In this document: positions 9,613 to 18,660 of the stretch, piece after piece
How the letters are laid out: the number at the start of each line of letters is the position of its first letter
Numbering within the stretch: position 1 is the first letter of the stretch
Assembly: GCA_001776775.1 (NCBI GenBank)
Contig: MFDD01000002.1
Coordinates: 37,746 to 101,745 of the forward strand
DNA: 64,000 nucleotides
Reading direction: 5' to 3'
From: Candidatus Daviesbacteria bacterium RIFCSPHIGHO2_02_FULL_43_12
GTDB taxonomy: Bacteria > Patescibacteriota > Microgenomatia > Daviesbacterales > UBA10151
Translations under genes and position numbers: made by a program
Notes under the pieces: model-generated
What the model saw: the letters and a program-made list of their open reading frames with translations, nothing else
Databases searched by the model: none
Told to the model about the DNA's origin: nothing

Positions 9613-10031
9613 TGATCGAAATAATTCCTTCCTGTTTCGAGACTCTCTAAATATAGATCATAAGTTTTAAACATTGGAGAAGGTAGATCATCCAAACTAT
9701 ACCAGTCCCAATACTCGCATTTTTCTGGCTCCATGACCCTTGGTTCGCCACTCTCCCAGTCGGCGTCCAGCTGAATATGGACATAGTGTTTCCCGGTATA
9801 GGAGCGCAGGTTGCTTAAGAATCTAAAACGAATATTGGCAATACGCATCCCTGTTTCTTCTAAACACTCACGCATTGCTGACTCTGCAAATGACTCTCCA
9901 AACTCCATCGACCCACCGGGTGATGCATACTCACCTGCGCCATGAGAACCCTGCCTTTTTCCTAGTAGCACTTGTCCATTTCTATAGACCATAATACCAA
10001 TGCCGACTTTGATTTTAGAACTTTGATCCAT
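9609..10031 (-). CDS. NUDIX hydrolase (NUDT15/AtNUDT1-like)
   Basis: LLGKRQGSHGAG, Nudix box GGSMEFGESFAESAMRECLEETG, EPEKCEYWDW. Confidence 0.92.
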   Translation of the reverse strand: MDQSSKIKVGIGIMVYRNGQVLLGKRQGSHGAGEYASPGGSMEFGESFAESAMRECLEETGMRIANIRFRFLSNLRSYTGKHYVHIQLDADWESGEPRVMEPEKCEYWDWYSLDDLPSPMFKTYDLYLESLETGRNYFDQ

Positions 10032-10063
10032 ACAGAAATGATAGCATATGCTAAAATATCAGA

Positions 10064-11536
10064 GTGAAAAATAAAAAAACAAAAATCGTCTGCACTATTG
10101 GACCTTCTTCTTGGGATTATTCAGTCCTGAAGCAATTAGCTTTGGCGGGTATGGATGTTGCCAGATTAAACTTCTCTCATGGAACTCATGCAGAAAAAGC
10201 TGCTCAAATAGTCTTGGTTCGCCGGATTTCGAGAGAATTAGATAAACCTTTGGCGATTATTGCCGATATGCAAGGTCCAAAAATTAGAATAGGTCAACTT
10301 TCGGAGGAACTATTAAAAGCTCATGCCAACAAACTCCCAGGGGGTCAGCAAGAGAAAGGACGTAATCCTGTTATCATTTTAAAACAAGGAGAAAAAATCC
10401 ATCTCTCGATAAGTCCAATTTCTGATGAAGTGCCGATGTATTTTGACCTATCACCTTTTGTTAAAAAAGGCCATCGGATCTTATTAAATGATGGCTTAGT
10501 TGAAGCCAAGGTTACAGAAATTAACGGTAAAGTTATTGTAGCCGTCGTCCAAAATGATGGCTACATCTCATCTCACAAAGGGGTTAATGTCCCAGACACT
10601 CGCCTACCAGGGGCGTCCTTAACCCCAAAAGATTATGAAGATGCCGAATTTGCCTTGAAAGCCGGAGTAGATTTTCTGGCGATCTCTTTTGTGCAATCTC
10701 CTGAAGATCTTAAAAAAGCGCGTGACCTAATTAAAAAATACTCTCCTAAGACTAAGCTGATCGTTAAGCTAGAAAAGCCCCAGGCGGTAGAAAACCTAGA
10801 AGAAATTGTCAGGGCGACAGACGCAATCATGGTTGCTAGGGGGGATTTGGCCATCGAGACAGACGTGGCAGAAGTCCCACTGGTTCAAAAAAGAATTATT
10901 CGTTTAGCCCGCCAATATTTTAAGCCAGTAATTGTAGCGACTCAAATGCTAGAGAGTATGACCGAAAACCCCCGTCCGACCAGAGCTGAGGTCTCCGATG
11001 TAGCTAATGCTGTCTTTGACCAGGCAGATGCAGTGATGCTTTCGGGGGAAACCGCCAACGGTAAGTATCCTGTCAAAACAGTTAAGATGATGAATGACAT
11101 CTGCCTAACTGTAGAAGGGCATACCGAATATAAAAACTATGTGGGTATCGACCTTGAGGATGTCGACGGCAAAGAGCTCGCCAACCGAGCGATCGCTTCT
11201 GCGGGAGTGGTGCTGGCAGAGTTAGCGAATGTTAAGTTGATAATCGCCGGTACGGTTAGTGGAAAAACCGTCCAATCCCTCTCTTCGTTTAGACCCCAGG
11301 CGGATATTGTTGCTATTTGTAATGACTCGGAGATAAGAAATCAACTAGTCCTGGTCTGGGGAGTTCGACCCTTTGATATAAAAATAGAGACTCAGGCTGA
11401 GGCATTTTGGAATCATGCGTTGGAGTTAATTAAGAAAAATAAATTGGCTTCTAAAAACGATCAGGTGATTATCCTCAGTGGACCCGTTCCGGGTGTTGGC
11501 GGCCAAACTGATACTCTAAAACTGGAAACTCTTTAA
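10064..11536 (+). CDS. pyk: Pyruvate kinase
   Basis: TKIVCTIGP, RLNFSHG, MVARGDL, ATQMLESM, MLSGETA. Confidence 0.98.
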   Translation: MKNKKTKIVCTIGPSSWDYSVLKQLALAGMDVARLNFSHGTHAEKAAQIVLVRRISRELDKPLAIIADMQGPKIRIGQLSEELLKAHANKLPGGQQEKGRNPVIILKQGEKIHLSISPISDEVPMYFDLSPFVKKGHRILLNDGLVEAKVTEINGKVIVAVVQNDGYISSHKGVNVPDTRLPGASLTPKDYEDAEFALKAGVDFLAISFVQSPEDLKKARDLIKKYSPKTKLIVKLEKPQAVENLEEIVRATDAIMVARGDLAIETDVAEVPLVQKRIIRLARQYFKPVIVATQMLESMTENPRPTRAEVSDVANAVFDQADAVMLSGETANGKYPVKTVKMMNDICLTVEGHTEYKNYVGIDLEDVDGKELANRAIASAGVVLAELANVKLIIAGTVSGKTVQSLSSFRPQADIVAICNDSEIRNQLVLVWGVRPFDIKIETQAEAFWNHALELIKKNKLASKNDQVIILSGPVPGVGGQTDTLKLETL

Positions 11537-11539
11537 TCT

Positions 11540-12883
11540 TTATAGCTTAAATCTTCGGTCAGCTAAAAAAGGATTGGGTTTTCTGGAAACCTTGGCACTT
11601 CCTAGTAAAACTGCCCTTTGTAAGGTAAACTCTCCGTAGCGGTCGTTAACTTTGTCTAAAGCTTGCAGGATGCGCTCTTCTTTTAATCGGTCTTCCAGGA
11701 AAGTCCTGTTCCGGGGGTAGGCAGACGTTAAGTTCGAAACCGAAACTCCGACCATCCGAATCTTGTCTTTATTCCAAAGTCGAAGAAAGGTTTGCCAAGC
11801 AGCTTGAAAGATCTCTAACCCGCTACTAGTTGGAGCGATAGTCAACTGCATCCCTCTTCCGCTAAAGCTACGGAGGGCGAGCCCGTCTCCTGAGGTAGAG
11901 CCATTAGAGTATTCCAAAGCTTCAGCGAAGGCATACCGAAACCACATACTCACTGTTTCGCCAACTAATTTCTTATGTCGCAGTTTACGAGAGATTAGCT
12001 CAGTGATCTTTAGAAAGATCTGTTTAACCTCTTCTGCGCTTTCGGTATCGTGACTTAAGGTATGTCGATGGCCGACTGATTTAACTTCCGGTTTCTGGTA
12101 AAAGGGTACTATCGGAGTAGGGTCTATCCCTCTGGCATAGTTAAATAAAACCTCACCGTAAGACTTGAAACTTACCATCAGCGTTTGTTTAGACGCTTGC
12201 CTCAAGCTTTTAAAATTGGTAACCCCCATATTCAGTAAACGCTTTTTGGTCTTGTAACCTATCCCGCAGATCTCGTCTAGCTCGACTCGATCCAGAATCC
12301 ATTGAGCGGCTTCTTGGTCGGCAATCATCACTAGTCCATCCGGCTTGTATAAAGATCCGGCAAGTTTGGCCATGAGTTTGTTGTAAGAAATGCCGATCGA
12401 ACAAGTGATCCATTCCCCGATCTCTGCTCGAATGCGAGACTTAATTTCAGTAGCAAGCTGCAACAGGTTATAGTTATCTTTTTCTGTACACTGTCCCCTG
12501 TGCCCTGTCAACTCCAAAAAGCATTCATCAATAGAAAAAACCTCCAGATAGGGAGAATAATCCTTGAGGATGTTTAAGAATTTTTGGGTCGTATCCAGAT
12601 ATTTGTCGCTATCGCCATTGACTAAAATTAGCTCGGGGCAAAGCTGGCGAGCCTCCCATATCTGCATCCCTGTCCTCACTCCAAACTTTTTTGCCTCCAC
12701 CGAGGCAGCCCCTAGAACTGTCCTGGTCGTACGATCCCCACCGGTTACTCCAATTGGTTTACCACGCAGCCGGGGGTTCGCCTGCTGCTCGACTGTGGCA
12801 AAGAAGGAATTAAAATCAATATGTACTATAATACGATTCACGATATATGATTCAGGATTCATGAATCTTGTATCTTGAATCAT
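11540..12883 (-). CDS. dinB: DNA polymerase IV (Y family)
   Basis: HIDFNSFFATVEQ, SIDE catalytic motif, AKLAG, KSVGHRHT; ATG 12883 follows GAGGAAGG. Confidence 0.93.
   Translation of the reverse strand: MIQDTRFMNPESYIVNRIIVHIDFNSFFATVEQQANPRLRGKPIGVTGGDRTTRTVLGAASVEAKKFGVRTGMQIWEARQLCPELILVNGDSDKYLDTTQKFLNILKDYSPYLEVFSIDECFLELTGHRGQCTEKDNYNLLQLATEIKSRIRAEIGEWITCSIGISYNKLMAKLAGSLYKPDGLVMIADQEAAQWILDRVELDEICGIGYKTKKRLLNMGVTNFKSLRQASKQTLMVSFKSYGEVLFNYARGIDPTPIVPFYQKPEVKSVGHRHTLSHDTESAEEVKQIFLKITELISRKLRHKKLVGETVSMWFRYAFAEALEYSNGSTSGDGLALRSFSGRGMQLTIAPTSSGLEIFQAAWQTFLRLWNKDKIRMVGVSVSNLTSAYPRNRTFLEDRLKEERILQALDKVNDRYGEFTLQRAVLLGSAKVSRKPNPFLADRRFKL
11856..11931. repeat. Inverted pair of REP-like palindromic units inside the dinB little-finger domain
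   Basis: cttccgctaaagctacggagg (11856-76) vs revcomp ccttcgctgaagctttggaa (11912-31); encodes AFAEALE...LRSFSGRG insertion. Confidence 0.65.
12484..12511. repeat. Heptamer array CTGTNNN x4 in dinB
   Basis: ctgtaca ctgtccc ctgtgcc ctgtcaa; encodes TGHRGQCTE just after SIDE. Confidence 0.7.
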
Positions 12884-12889
12884 GAATCT
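12834..12889. repeat. Palindromic heptamer array (NGATTCA x4 / TGAATCN x4) at the dinB start
   Basis: cgattca cgatata tgattca ggattca | tgaatct tgtatct tgaatca tgaatct. Confidence 0.85.
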
Positions 12890-13130
12890 ATCCTTCCTCA
12901 ACTGCTTCTAAGGTCCACTTCAAAGAAGTAGTATCAAATCCCAGTCTATAAAAATTACCCCCTGCTGACACCGAAAAGTGATAAAATAGCGAAGATCCAT
13001 TTCGGTTTTGATGACAAAGATTGATCTTGTCGATTTTGATTTGACGTTGATTCCAAAAAAAGAGGTAAGGTTCTATGGTAGATTTCCTAAAAAAAACCCA
13101 AACATTAATAGGTTCACTCAGCTCTAACAT
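12888..13130 (-). CDS. Small beta-rich protein co-transcribed with dinB (DUF6504/ImuB-C-terminal-like)
   Basis: EPINV, PYLFFWNQRQIKIDKI, FYRLGFD..KWTLE pattern; ATG 13130 lies just downstream of the promoter. Confidence 0.7.
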   Translation of the reverse strand: MLELSEPINVWVFFRKSTIEPYLFFWNQRQIKIDKINLCHQNRNGSSLFYHFSVSAGGNFYRLGFDTTSLKWTLEAVEEG

Positions 13131-14937
13131 AGCTAACCCTATTATTACCCGAATCAAACCCGAATGTCAATCGAGCAAAGGTTACAGGTTACAGGTTACA
13201 GGTTACAGATGGACCGCAGGTTTAATCTCACTTTATCTCCTACTGTTTACTGTACCCTGTACTCTGTACCCTGCTTTCGCTATTGTTGACCCCCGAGTAA
13301 GTCTGAATAATAAGTTTGGAATCCATATTCTTTCAGCCGTCCCTGACGAAGCCTCGGCTGCGGCAACTTTTGTCAACTCCAAGGGAGGAGATTGGGGGTA
13401 TGTTACTCTGTTAATTGAAAATCGTGACCGGGATAAGAATAGATGGCAACAAGTATTTGATGATCTACGCAGAAGACACTTAATTCCGCTAGTGCGGATA
13501 GCTACTCATCCCGAAGGGAGCGCCTGGAAAGTCCCGACTGACGGCGAGGAAAATATCTGGGCCGAATTTTTAAATAGCCTTAAATGGCCGGTTAAAAACC
13601 GCTATGTGATCATTTATAACGAACCCAACCAAGGCCAAGAATGGGGTGGACAAGTAGATAGCGCGTCCTACGCCAAGGTCTTGGATAAAACCATCGCTGC
13701 ATTAAAGGCCAAAAACGAAGATTTTTTCGTTTTAAACGCCGGATTTGATGCCTCTGCCCCAAATAAGGCACCCAGTTACGCAGATGAATTAATCTTTTTA
13801 CAGGACATGAATAAGGCTGTCCCGGGAATCTTTAATAAATTAGACGGATGGTCTTCTCATTCTTATCCTAATCCGGGGTTTGTTGGATCTCCGGAAGATA
13901 CCGGCAGAGGCACTACCTCTACCTGGGCTTGGGAAATGGAGGTGCTTTATGAGCTTGGGTTAAATAAATCTCTGCCTGTGTTTATCACCGAGACCGGATG
14001 GAAACACGCCGAAGGTATAAATTTTGATAAATCTTTGCCTGATGCTGATAAAGTCGCGCAGTATTATAAATATGCCTTTGAAAATACTTGGACCAGTAGC
14101 CAAATAGTGGCTATTACTCCTTTTATCCTTAATTACCAAGAAAACCCTTTTGACCATTTTTCGTTTAAGAAACTAACTGGTGAAAAACAAAACCTCAAAA
14201 TCCTGGGGCTGCAATATCCGGAATACTATTCTCCCTTTACTACCCTAGCTGATTTACCTAAATCTTCTGGCAGGCCAGTTCAGGTCAATAAAGCTGAGCT
14301 GGTCAAAGGGGCTTTGTTTACTTCGATTGTGGCTGGCGAAGAGTACACCATTCCCCTTACTTTCAAAAATACCGGGCAATCGACTTGGAACGAATACGAG
14401 CAGGTTAAGCTAGTAATCTTAAAGGGGGGTCAAGATTTAGGGATCCAGGATGTGGAGCTACCAAAAACAACTAGAGTAGAACCGGGCGGTGAATACACGT
14501 TTATCCTGCATGTTAAAAGTTTCAACCGGGGCAGCTTTAATGTTTCTTTGGCTCTGGTAGTGGGCAAAACACAATTTGAAGAACAAACTTTTGACTATAC
14601 TGTCGAAGTTAAACAACCGGTTATCTTGCAGGTAAAGGTTGGATTGAGGTGGGGCAAAGATGCGGCAGGGGTATATCTTTTTAAACTATCGACAGTCTTG
14701 GGTGATAGTTTTCAAAAAATACTACTCACCAGCTCTGGGGAATCCAGCCCAATCGATGCACGATTGCTACTGCCGGACTATAGTTTTGACTTTACCTTAA
14801 ACAAGCCCTACTACAAGACAAAGACCCTGCACCAAACAGTGCATTCCGGAGTTAATACCTTGGACTTTGGGATTATGGAACCAGACTTTTTTGCTGCCCT
14901 TTTCCACCCAGATCAATTTATCAAACTCTTGCCTTAG
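13075..14937 (+). CDS. Secreted clan-A glycoside hydrolase with NBR1-like Ig domain; start uncertain, possibly frameshifted
   Basis: IIYNEPN (acid/base), SHSYP, PVFITETGW (nucleophile), FKNTGQSTW Ig domain; no in-frame ATG/GTG/TTG between 13078 and the signal peptide. Confidence 0.75.
   Translation: MVDFLKKTQTLIGSLSSNIANPIITRIKPECQSSKGYRLQVTGYRWTAGLISLYLLLFTVPCTLYPAFAIVDPRVSLNNKFGIHILSAVPDEASAAATFVNSKGGDWGYVTLLIENRDRDKNRWQQVFDDLRRRHLIPLVRIATHPEGSAWKVPTDGEENIWAEFLNSLKWPVKNRYVIIYNEPNQGQEWGGQVDSASYAKVLDKTIAALKAKNEDFFVLNAGFDASAPNKAPSYADELIFLQDMNKAVPGIFNKLDGWSSHSYPNPGFVGSPEDTGRGTTSTWAWEMEVLYELGLNKSLPVFITETGWKHAEGINFDKSLPDADKVAQYYKYAFENTWTSSQIVAITPFILNYQENPFDHFSFKKLTGEKQNLKILGLQYPEYYSPFTTLADLPKSSGRPVQVNKAELVKGALFTSIVAGEEYTIPLTFKNTGQSTWNEYEQVKLVILKGGQDLGIQDVELPKTTRVEPGGEYTFILHVKSFNRGSFNVSLALVVGKTQFEEQTFDYTVEVKQPVILQVKVGLRWGKDAAGVYLFKLSTVLGDSFQKILLTSSGESSPIDARLLLPDYSFDFTLNKPYYKTKTLHQTVHSGVNTLDFGIMEPDFFAALFHPDQFIKLLP
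13141..13170 (-). promoter_or_regulatory. dinB-operon promoter with candidate LexA box in the spacer (13150-13164)
   Basis: Minus strand TTGACA-ttcgggtttgattcggg-TAATAAT; plus strand CGAA-tcaaa-CCCGAA. Confidence 0.8.
13179..13277. repeat. Inverted heptamer arrays: perfect (AGGTTAC)x4 and CTGTACC-type x5
   Basis: 13179-13206 and 13243-13277, around and within the signal-peptide region. Confidence 0.9.
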
Positions 14938-14974
14938 CTTTTAATGAGTTAATAATGTTGGTAGAATGGTTTAT

Positions 14975-15565
14975 ATGAGAAAGATTGTTGTTTTGACTTT
15001 TCTAACCCTTGACGGAGTTATGCAGGCTCCTGGCGGACCCAAAGAAGATACCAGCGGAGGCTTTAAATACGGCGGCTGGACTGTTCCATATTTTGATGAT
15101 TTTTCAGGTAAGATCATGGACAAGCAGATGAAGAGAAAATATGATCTGCTGCTTGGACGAAAAACCTACGATATCTTTGCCGGATACTGGCCAGAGCATA
15201 CCAGCGCCTGGCCTCAAGTCAATAAAATTACAAAATATGTTGTCTCCAAGACCCTAAAAAAAGCGACTTGGAAAAATACTGTCATAGTAAAAAGCATCGG
15301 AGCATTAAAAAAGCTAAAGGATTCTGAAGGTCCCGATCTTCAGGTTTATGGCAGTGGCAATCTCGCCCAGACGCTTTTGAAGCAGGATTTAGTTGATGAA
15401 CTTTGGCTAAAGATCTTCCCTATTACGCTGGGTGCTGGAAAAAAGTTATTTGATAAGGGGACTATTCCCGCCGCTTTCACTCTAACTGATTCCAAGACCT
15501 CACCAAGTGGGGTGATATTTGCCAATTTTAAGCGTGCAGGAGAAGTTGAAACAGGATCCTTTTAA
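14975..15565 (+). CDS. RibD C-terminal / dihydrofolate reductase-like protein
   Basis: TLDGVMQAPGG, LLGRKTY, GSGNL, LVDEL, PITLGAGKKLF. Confidence 0.9.
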   Translation: MRKIVVLTFLTLDGVMQAPGGPKEDTSGGFKYGGWTVPYFDDFSGKIMDKQMKRKYDLLLGRKTYDIFAGYWPEHTSAWPQVNKITKYVVSKTLKKATWKNTVIVKSIGALKKLKDSEGPDLQVYGSGNLAQTLLKQDLVDELWLKIFPITLGAGKKLFDKGTIPAAFTLTDSKTSPSGVIFANFKRAGEVETGSF

Positions 15566-15568
15566 GTT

Positions 15569-16114
15569 TTATGGTTCTCGGAGGACCCAATTGTGTGATA
15601 CATACGGTTCACTACATAGATTACGATTAAAACAGCATGGGCGTCTCATTCCTTTATTCAGCTTATCTAGCGCAACTTCTATATGTTTTTGGCGGGTCTT
15701 CGGTGTTTTGACAGCTCGTATCCAACGAATCCAATCCCAACGAGCCATGGCGGTAATATCGTACCATAAGCTTTGGGCTTTGGGGGATGTAGACAGCGCC
15801 TTTTTCAAATCTGCTGGTACTTCCGGTTCGATCCATTCTTTGGAAGGAACAAGTGAAACTTGTACATTATCTCCTGCTTTGGCATGAGCATCATCAAGTA
15901 ATTTTTTGTCCGGTCTAAACCAGTGGCTCGGTTTGTGGTCTGGTGAATACCTTCCATCCGGCTCGATCAAAGTTTTAAAAGCAACACCATTAATAGTACC
16001 AGCTACCATTAGCATGCCTCTTGACGGAAGTATTGCGGAGGCGCTCTCCGGTAATTTGAGAATGGTCCAGGAATTAATTTTAAACAGCTTAGTTTTGAAG
16101 TCGATTTTTGACAT
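15569..16114 (-). CDS. DUF1905 + YdeI/OmpD-associated domain protein
   Basis: LPSRGMLMVAGTING, VPADLKKAL, WIRWIRAVKTPKTRQK. Confidence 0.85.
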   Translation of the reverse strand: MSKIDFKTKLFKINSWTILKLPESASAILPSRGMLMVAGTINGVAFKTLIEPDGRYSPDHKPSHWFRPDKKLLDDAHAKAGDNVQVSLVPSKEWIEPEVPADLKKALSTSPKAQSLWYDITAMARWDWIRWIRAVKTPKTRQKHIEVALDKLNKGMRRPCCFNRNLCSEPYVSHNWVLREP

Positions 16115-16161
16115 ACATTCTCGCACCGAATTTTAGGATCAGTCGAAGACTCTGTACTCGG

Positions 16162-16210
16162 TCGATCCGCTTTAGCGGATCGAAACCGTAAATTTCTTTT
16201 AGAAATTTAC
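16162..16210. terminator. Two hairpins downstream of tRNA-His (REP-like, then AT-rich)
   Basis: tcgatccgc-ttta-gcggatcga and gtaaatttct-ttt-agaaatttac. Confidence 0.55.
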
Positions 16211-16214
16211 TCAG

Positions 16215-16287
16215 GGTGGCTGAGGGGAGTTGGACCCCCGACCTCCTGCGCCACAGGCAGGCGCTCTACCGTTGAGCTACAGCCACC
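16215..16287 (-). tRNA. tRNA-His(GTG) with encoded G-1
   Basis: G-GTGGCTG/CAGCCAC-C acceptor, CCTGC-CTGTGGC-GCAGG anticodon arm; atypical T loop TCCAACT. Confidence 0.92.
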
Positions 16288-16433
16288 ATAAACTGGATAA
16301 TTTTATCATAGATCGCTCCCGGATGACAGCTAAAGACGGTTGGGCCTTTAGGGATCCAAGTAACGAGGGTTTATTGTTTTAAGCTCAATACCTCGATCGT
16401 CAGATCATGGATGGAGTTTTGGTGATTAAAGGG

Positions 16434-17426
16434 TTAGAGTACCGGATCCTCGGTTTTACTGATTAATCTTCTGGCGGTGTATTTATCATATCCATGGAAG
16501 AGTAAAGTTAAGGCAGTTCCGAAGAGTATAAAATGGGGCCAGGCCGCTTCTTGAAAGAAAAGTATCGAGACAGTCAGGAAGATAATAAAGACAAAACTTA
16601 CTAAACGAATCTGATATCCAAAAATTAGACATAGCCCAATGAGTGATTCAACCAGAAATGCTCCGAGCACTACAAATAGTGGATCAAAGGGGAAAAACTT
16701 TGTTAACTCAAATTTATTGATCGTCTCAATTGCTAGCTGACTATGTAAAAATTTAGCAAAGAAGGCTGAATATAACAGCGAACATCCGAGCGCTATCCTA
16801 ATGATTAAAAACTCCTTACCCTGCTCTTCTGGATTACTAGGTTTTAGCAAACCAAAATACGGACCATGTAAAAGTACGGCTAGCGCTCCGCCTAAATAAA
16901 CCATATAGGCTAGCGCAAAAGTAGGAGCAAAGATTAAAGAGCAGACAAAGAGTAGTATAAATAGAAGTATACCTAGCCGGACATATTTTCCCAGAATCAG
17001 AGTAACCGCGCAGCCTAAAAGCAAAGCCCTGGCTAACAGAGCAGAGCTGCCAAAGATCTTTTCTAGCGGTAACTCTGGACCAAACAGAGCATTATAGTAG
17101 ACACAGCTAAGTAAACTTCCCAGTAAGGTCAGCTGAATTAATACGGGAGCCCACCTTTTTACTCTATTTTCCAGTTTCACTAAGAAAAAGAATCTGGCTA
17201 ACCAGCCCGATAAAAAATGGGCTAACAAGCCAACTAGAGTAATTAAAAAAGCAGCCACCAAAAATTGATTATAGTTAGTAGTTAAGGCGTTAAAGGGATT
17301 GGGTGAGATCTGTTCTAAGCTTATCTTTACCTCTTGAGGGGCTAAGACATACACCTCATGTGCAGCTACAATCTGAGGGGAAAAAAAGATTAAGCAGACT
17401 AAAAAAAACAAAATTCCCCTTGGCAC
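16434..17426 (-). CDS. Multi-pass membrane protein, DoxX-like
   Basis: Signal/AHEVYV start, IRIALGCSLLY, ESLIGLCLIFG, EAAWPH. Confidence 0.7.
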   Translation of the reverse strand: MPRGILFFLVCLIFFSPQIVAAHEVYVLAPQEVKISLEQISPNPFNALTTNYNQFLVAAFLITLVGLLAHFLSGWLARFFFLVKLENRVKRWAPVLIQLTLLGSLLSCVYYNALFGPELPLEKIFGSSALLARALLLGCAVTLILGKYVRLGILLFILLFVCSLIFAPTFALAYMVYLGGALAVLLHGPYFGLLKPSNPEEQGKEFLIIRIALGCSLLYSAFFAKFLHSQLAIETINKFELTKFFPFDPLFVVLGAFLVESLIGLCLIFGYQIRLVSFVFIIFLTVSILFFQEAAWPHFILFGTALTLLFHGYDKYTARRLISKTEDPVL

Positions 17427-17449
17427 TTTCTTAGTGTATCATAAAGTTT

Positions 17450-18649
17450 ATGTTCAAAAAGAGTTTGCCTAAAAAAATTATAACCTCTTTAATCGGCCTA
17501 CTTATAGTGATGTTTTTAGTAGCGGTGGGAGTTATTGCATATAATACCCAACCCAAGTTACAAAAAAGAGTTAATCTATTTTTGGCAGGAGACAAAGATT
17601 ATCAAACGAAAATAGCTTCCCTCTTGGCTGAAGTAGAGACAGTCAAGAGTACTGACCAGATCAAACGAAACGACCAACTTGAAGCTGAGATTAAGAATAT
17701 CCAAATAACATACATGGTAGCCCTTTCCTTATATGAAAGAGTTCTAGATCTCAAAATTAAACAGCCTAAGAACCCGGATTTGGATACCTTATTTGCTGCA
17801 TCCTTAAAATATCTCTCGGATCGAAATTATACCTCTGGGTCAGCTACTTTAGCTAAATTAGATAAACAGATCCAAGAAATAGAGAGCAAACTTGCTCAAA
17901 CAACTACCCAAGGAACAACCCTGACCGTAATTGCAACTCCCAATAACTCTCCTCCGGGATCCGGATATTCCAGACAGTCAGTTCAGTCCGACTTAGGAAC
18001 GTTTGTAGTTGATTTAATCGCTGCCGATTTAAACAGTAATAAAGTCATTATCGATACTGCCTCTGATGGAGATTGTAGTAATGACTGTCCAGTGATGCCT
18101 CTAGCGAGCTATGCTTCCCGAAGCGGAGCCTGGGCCGGGATCAACGGTAGCTTCTTTTGCCCCTCGGAATATCCTAGCTGTGCAGGGAAGACAAATAGCT
18201 TTGACACGTTACTAATGAATAAAAATAAAACTTACTTTAATTCGGCCAATAATGTCTATAGCACTGTCCCGGTAGCAATTTTTTGGGCTGGATCGGCCCG
18301 CTTTGTCGGCCAAAGCCTGGAGTGGGGACGAGATGCCGGAGTAGACGCTGTCATCGCTAATTACCCGCTGCTTGTAGCTGGAGATAATATTGTTTACAGC
18401 GGATCAAGCAATGCTAAATTTAACGCTAAAGGTGCTCGGGGGTTTATTGCTTCCAAAGGTGGTACTGCGTATATTGGCTTTGTCTATAATGCGAACATGT
18501 CAGACTCAGCACATGTGTTAAAGACTTTGGGGATGAATAACGCCTTAAATCTTGATGAAGGTGGTTCAACAGCTCTTTGGGTTAACGGAGGCTATCGAAC
18601 TGGACCTGGAAGAAATATCCCAAATGCCGTGTTATTTGTTAAACGCTAA
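17450..18649 (+). CDS. Phosphodiester glycosidase (NAGPA-like) protein with coiled-coil stalk
   Basis: AGINGSFF, ALNLDEGGSTAL, RNIPNAV; N-terminal TM. Confidence 0.85.
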   Translation: MFKKSLPKKIITSLIGLLIVMFLVAVGVIAYNTQPKLQKRVNLFLAGDKDYQTKIASLLAEVETVKSTDQIKRNDQLEAEIKNIQITYMVALSLYERVLDLKIKQPKNPDLDTLFAASLKYLSDRNYTSGSATLAKLDKQIQEIESKLAQTTTQGTTLTVIATPNNSPPGSGYSRQSVQSDLGTFVVDLIAADLNSNKVIIDTASDGDCSNDCPVMPLASYASRSGAWAGINGSFFCPSEYPSCAGKTNSFDTLLMNKNKTYFNSANNVYSTVPVAIFWAGSARFVGQSLEWGRDAGVDAVIANYPLLVAGDNIVYSGSSNAKFNAKGARGFIASKGGTAYIGFVYNANMSDSAHVLKTLGMNNALNLDEGGSTALWVNGGYRTGPGRNIPNAVLFVKR

Positions 18650-18660
18650 ATGTAAGGACT

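Noticed and set aside
10300-10370. Short insertion in pyruvate kinase (EELLKAHANKLPGGQQEKG)
   Set aside because: No repeat or palindrome recognised; falls in a variable A/B-domain junction
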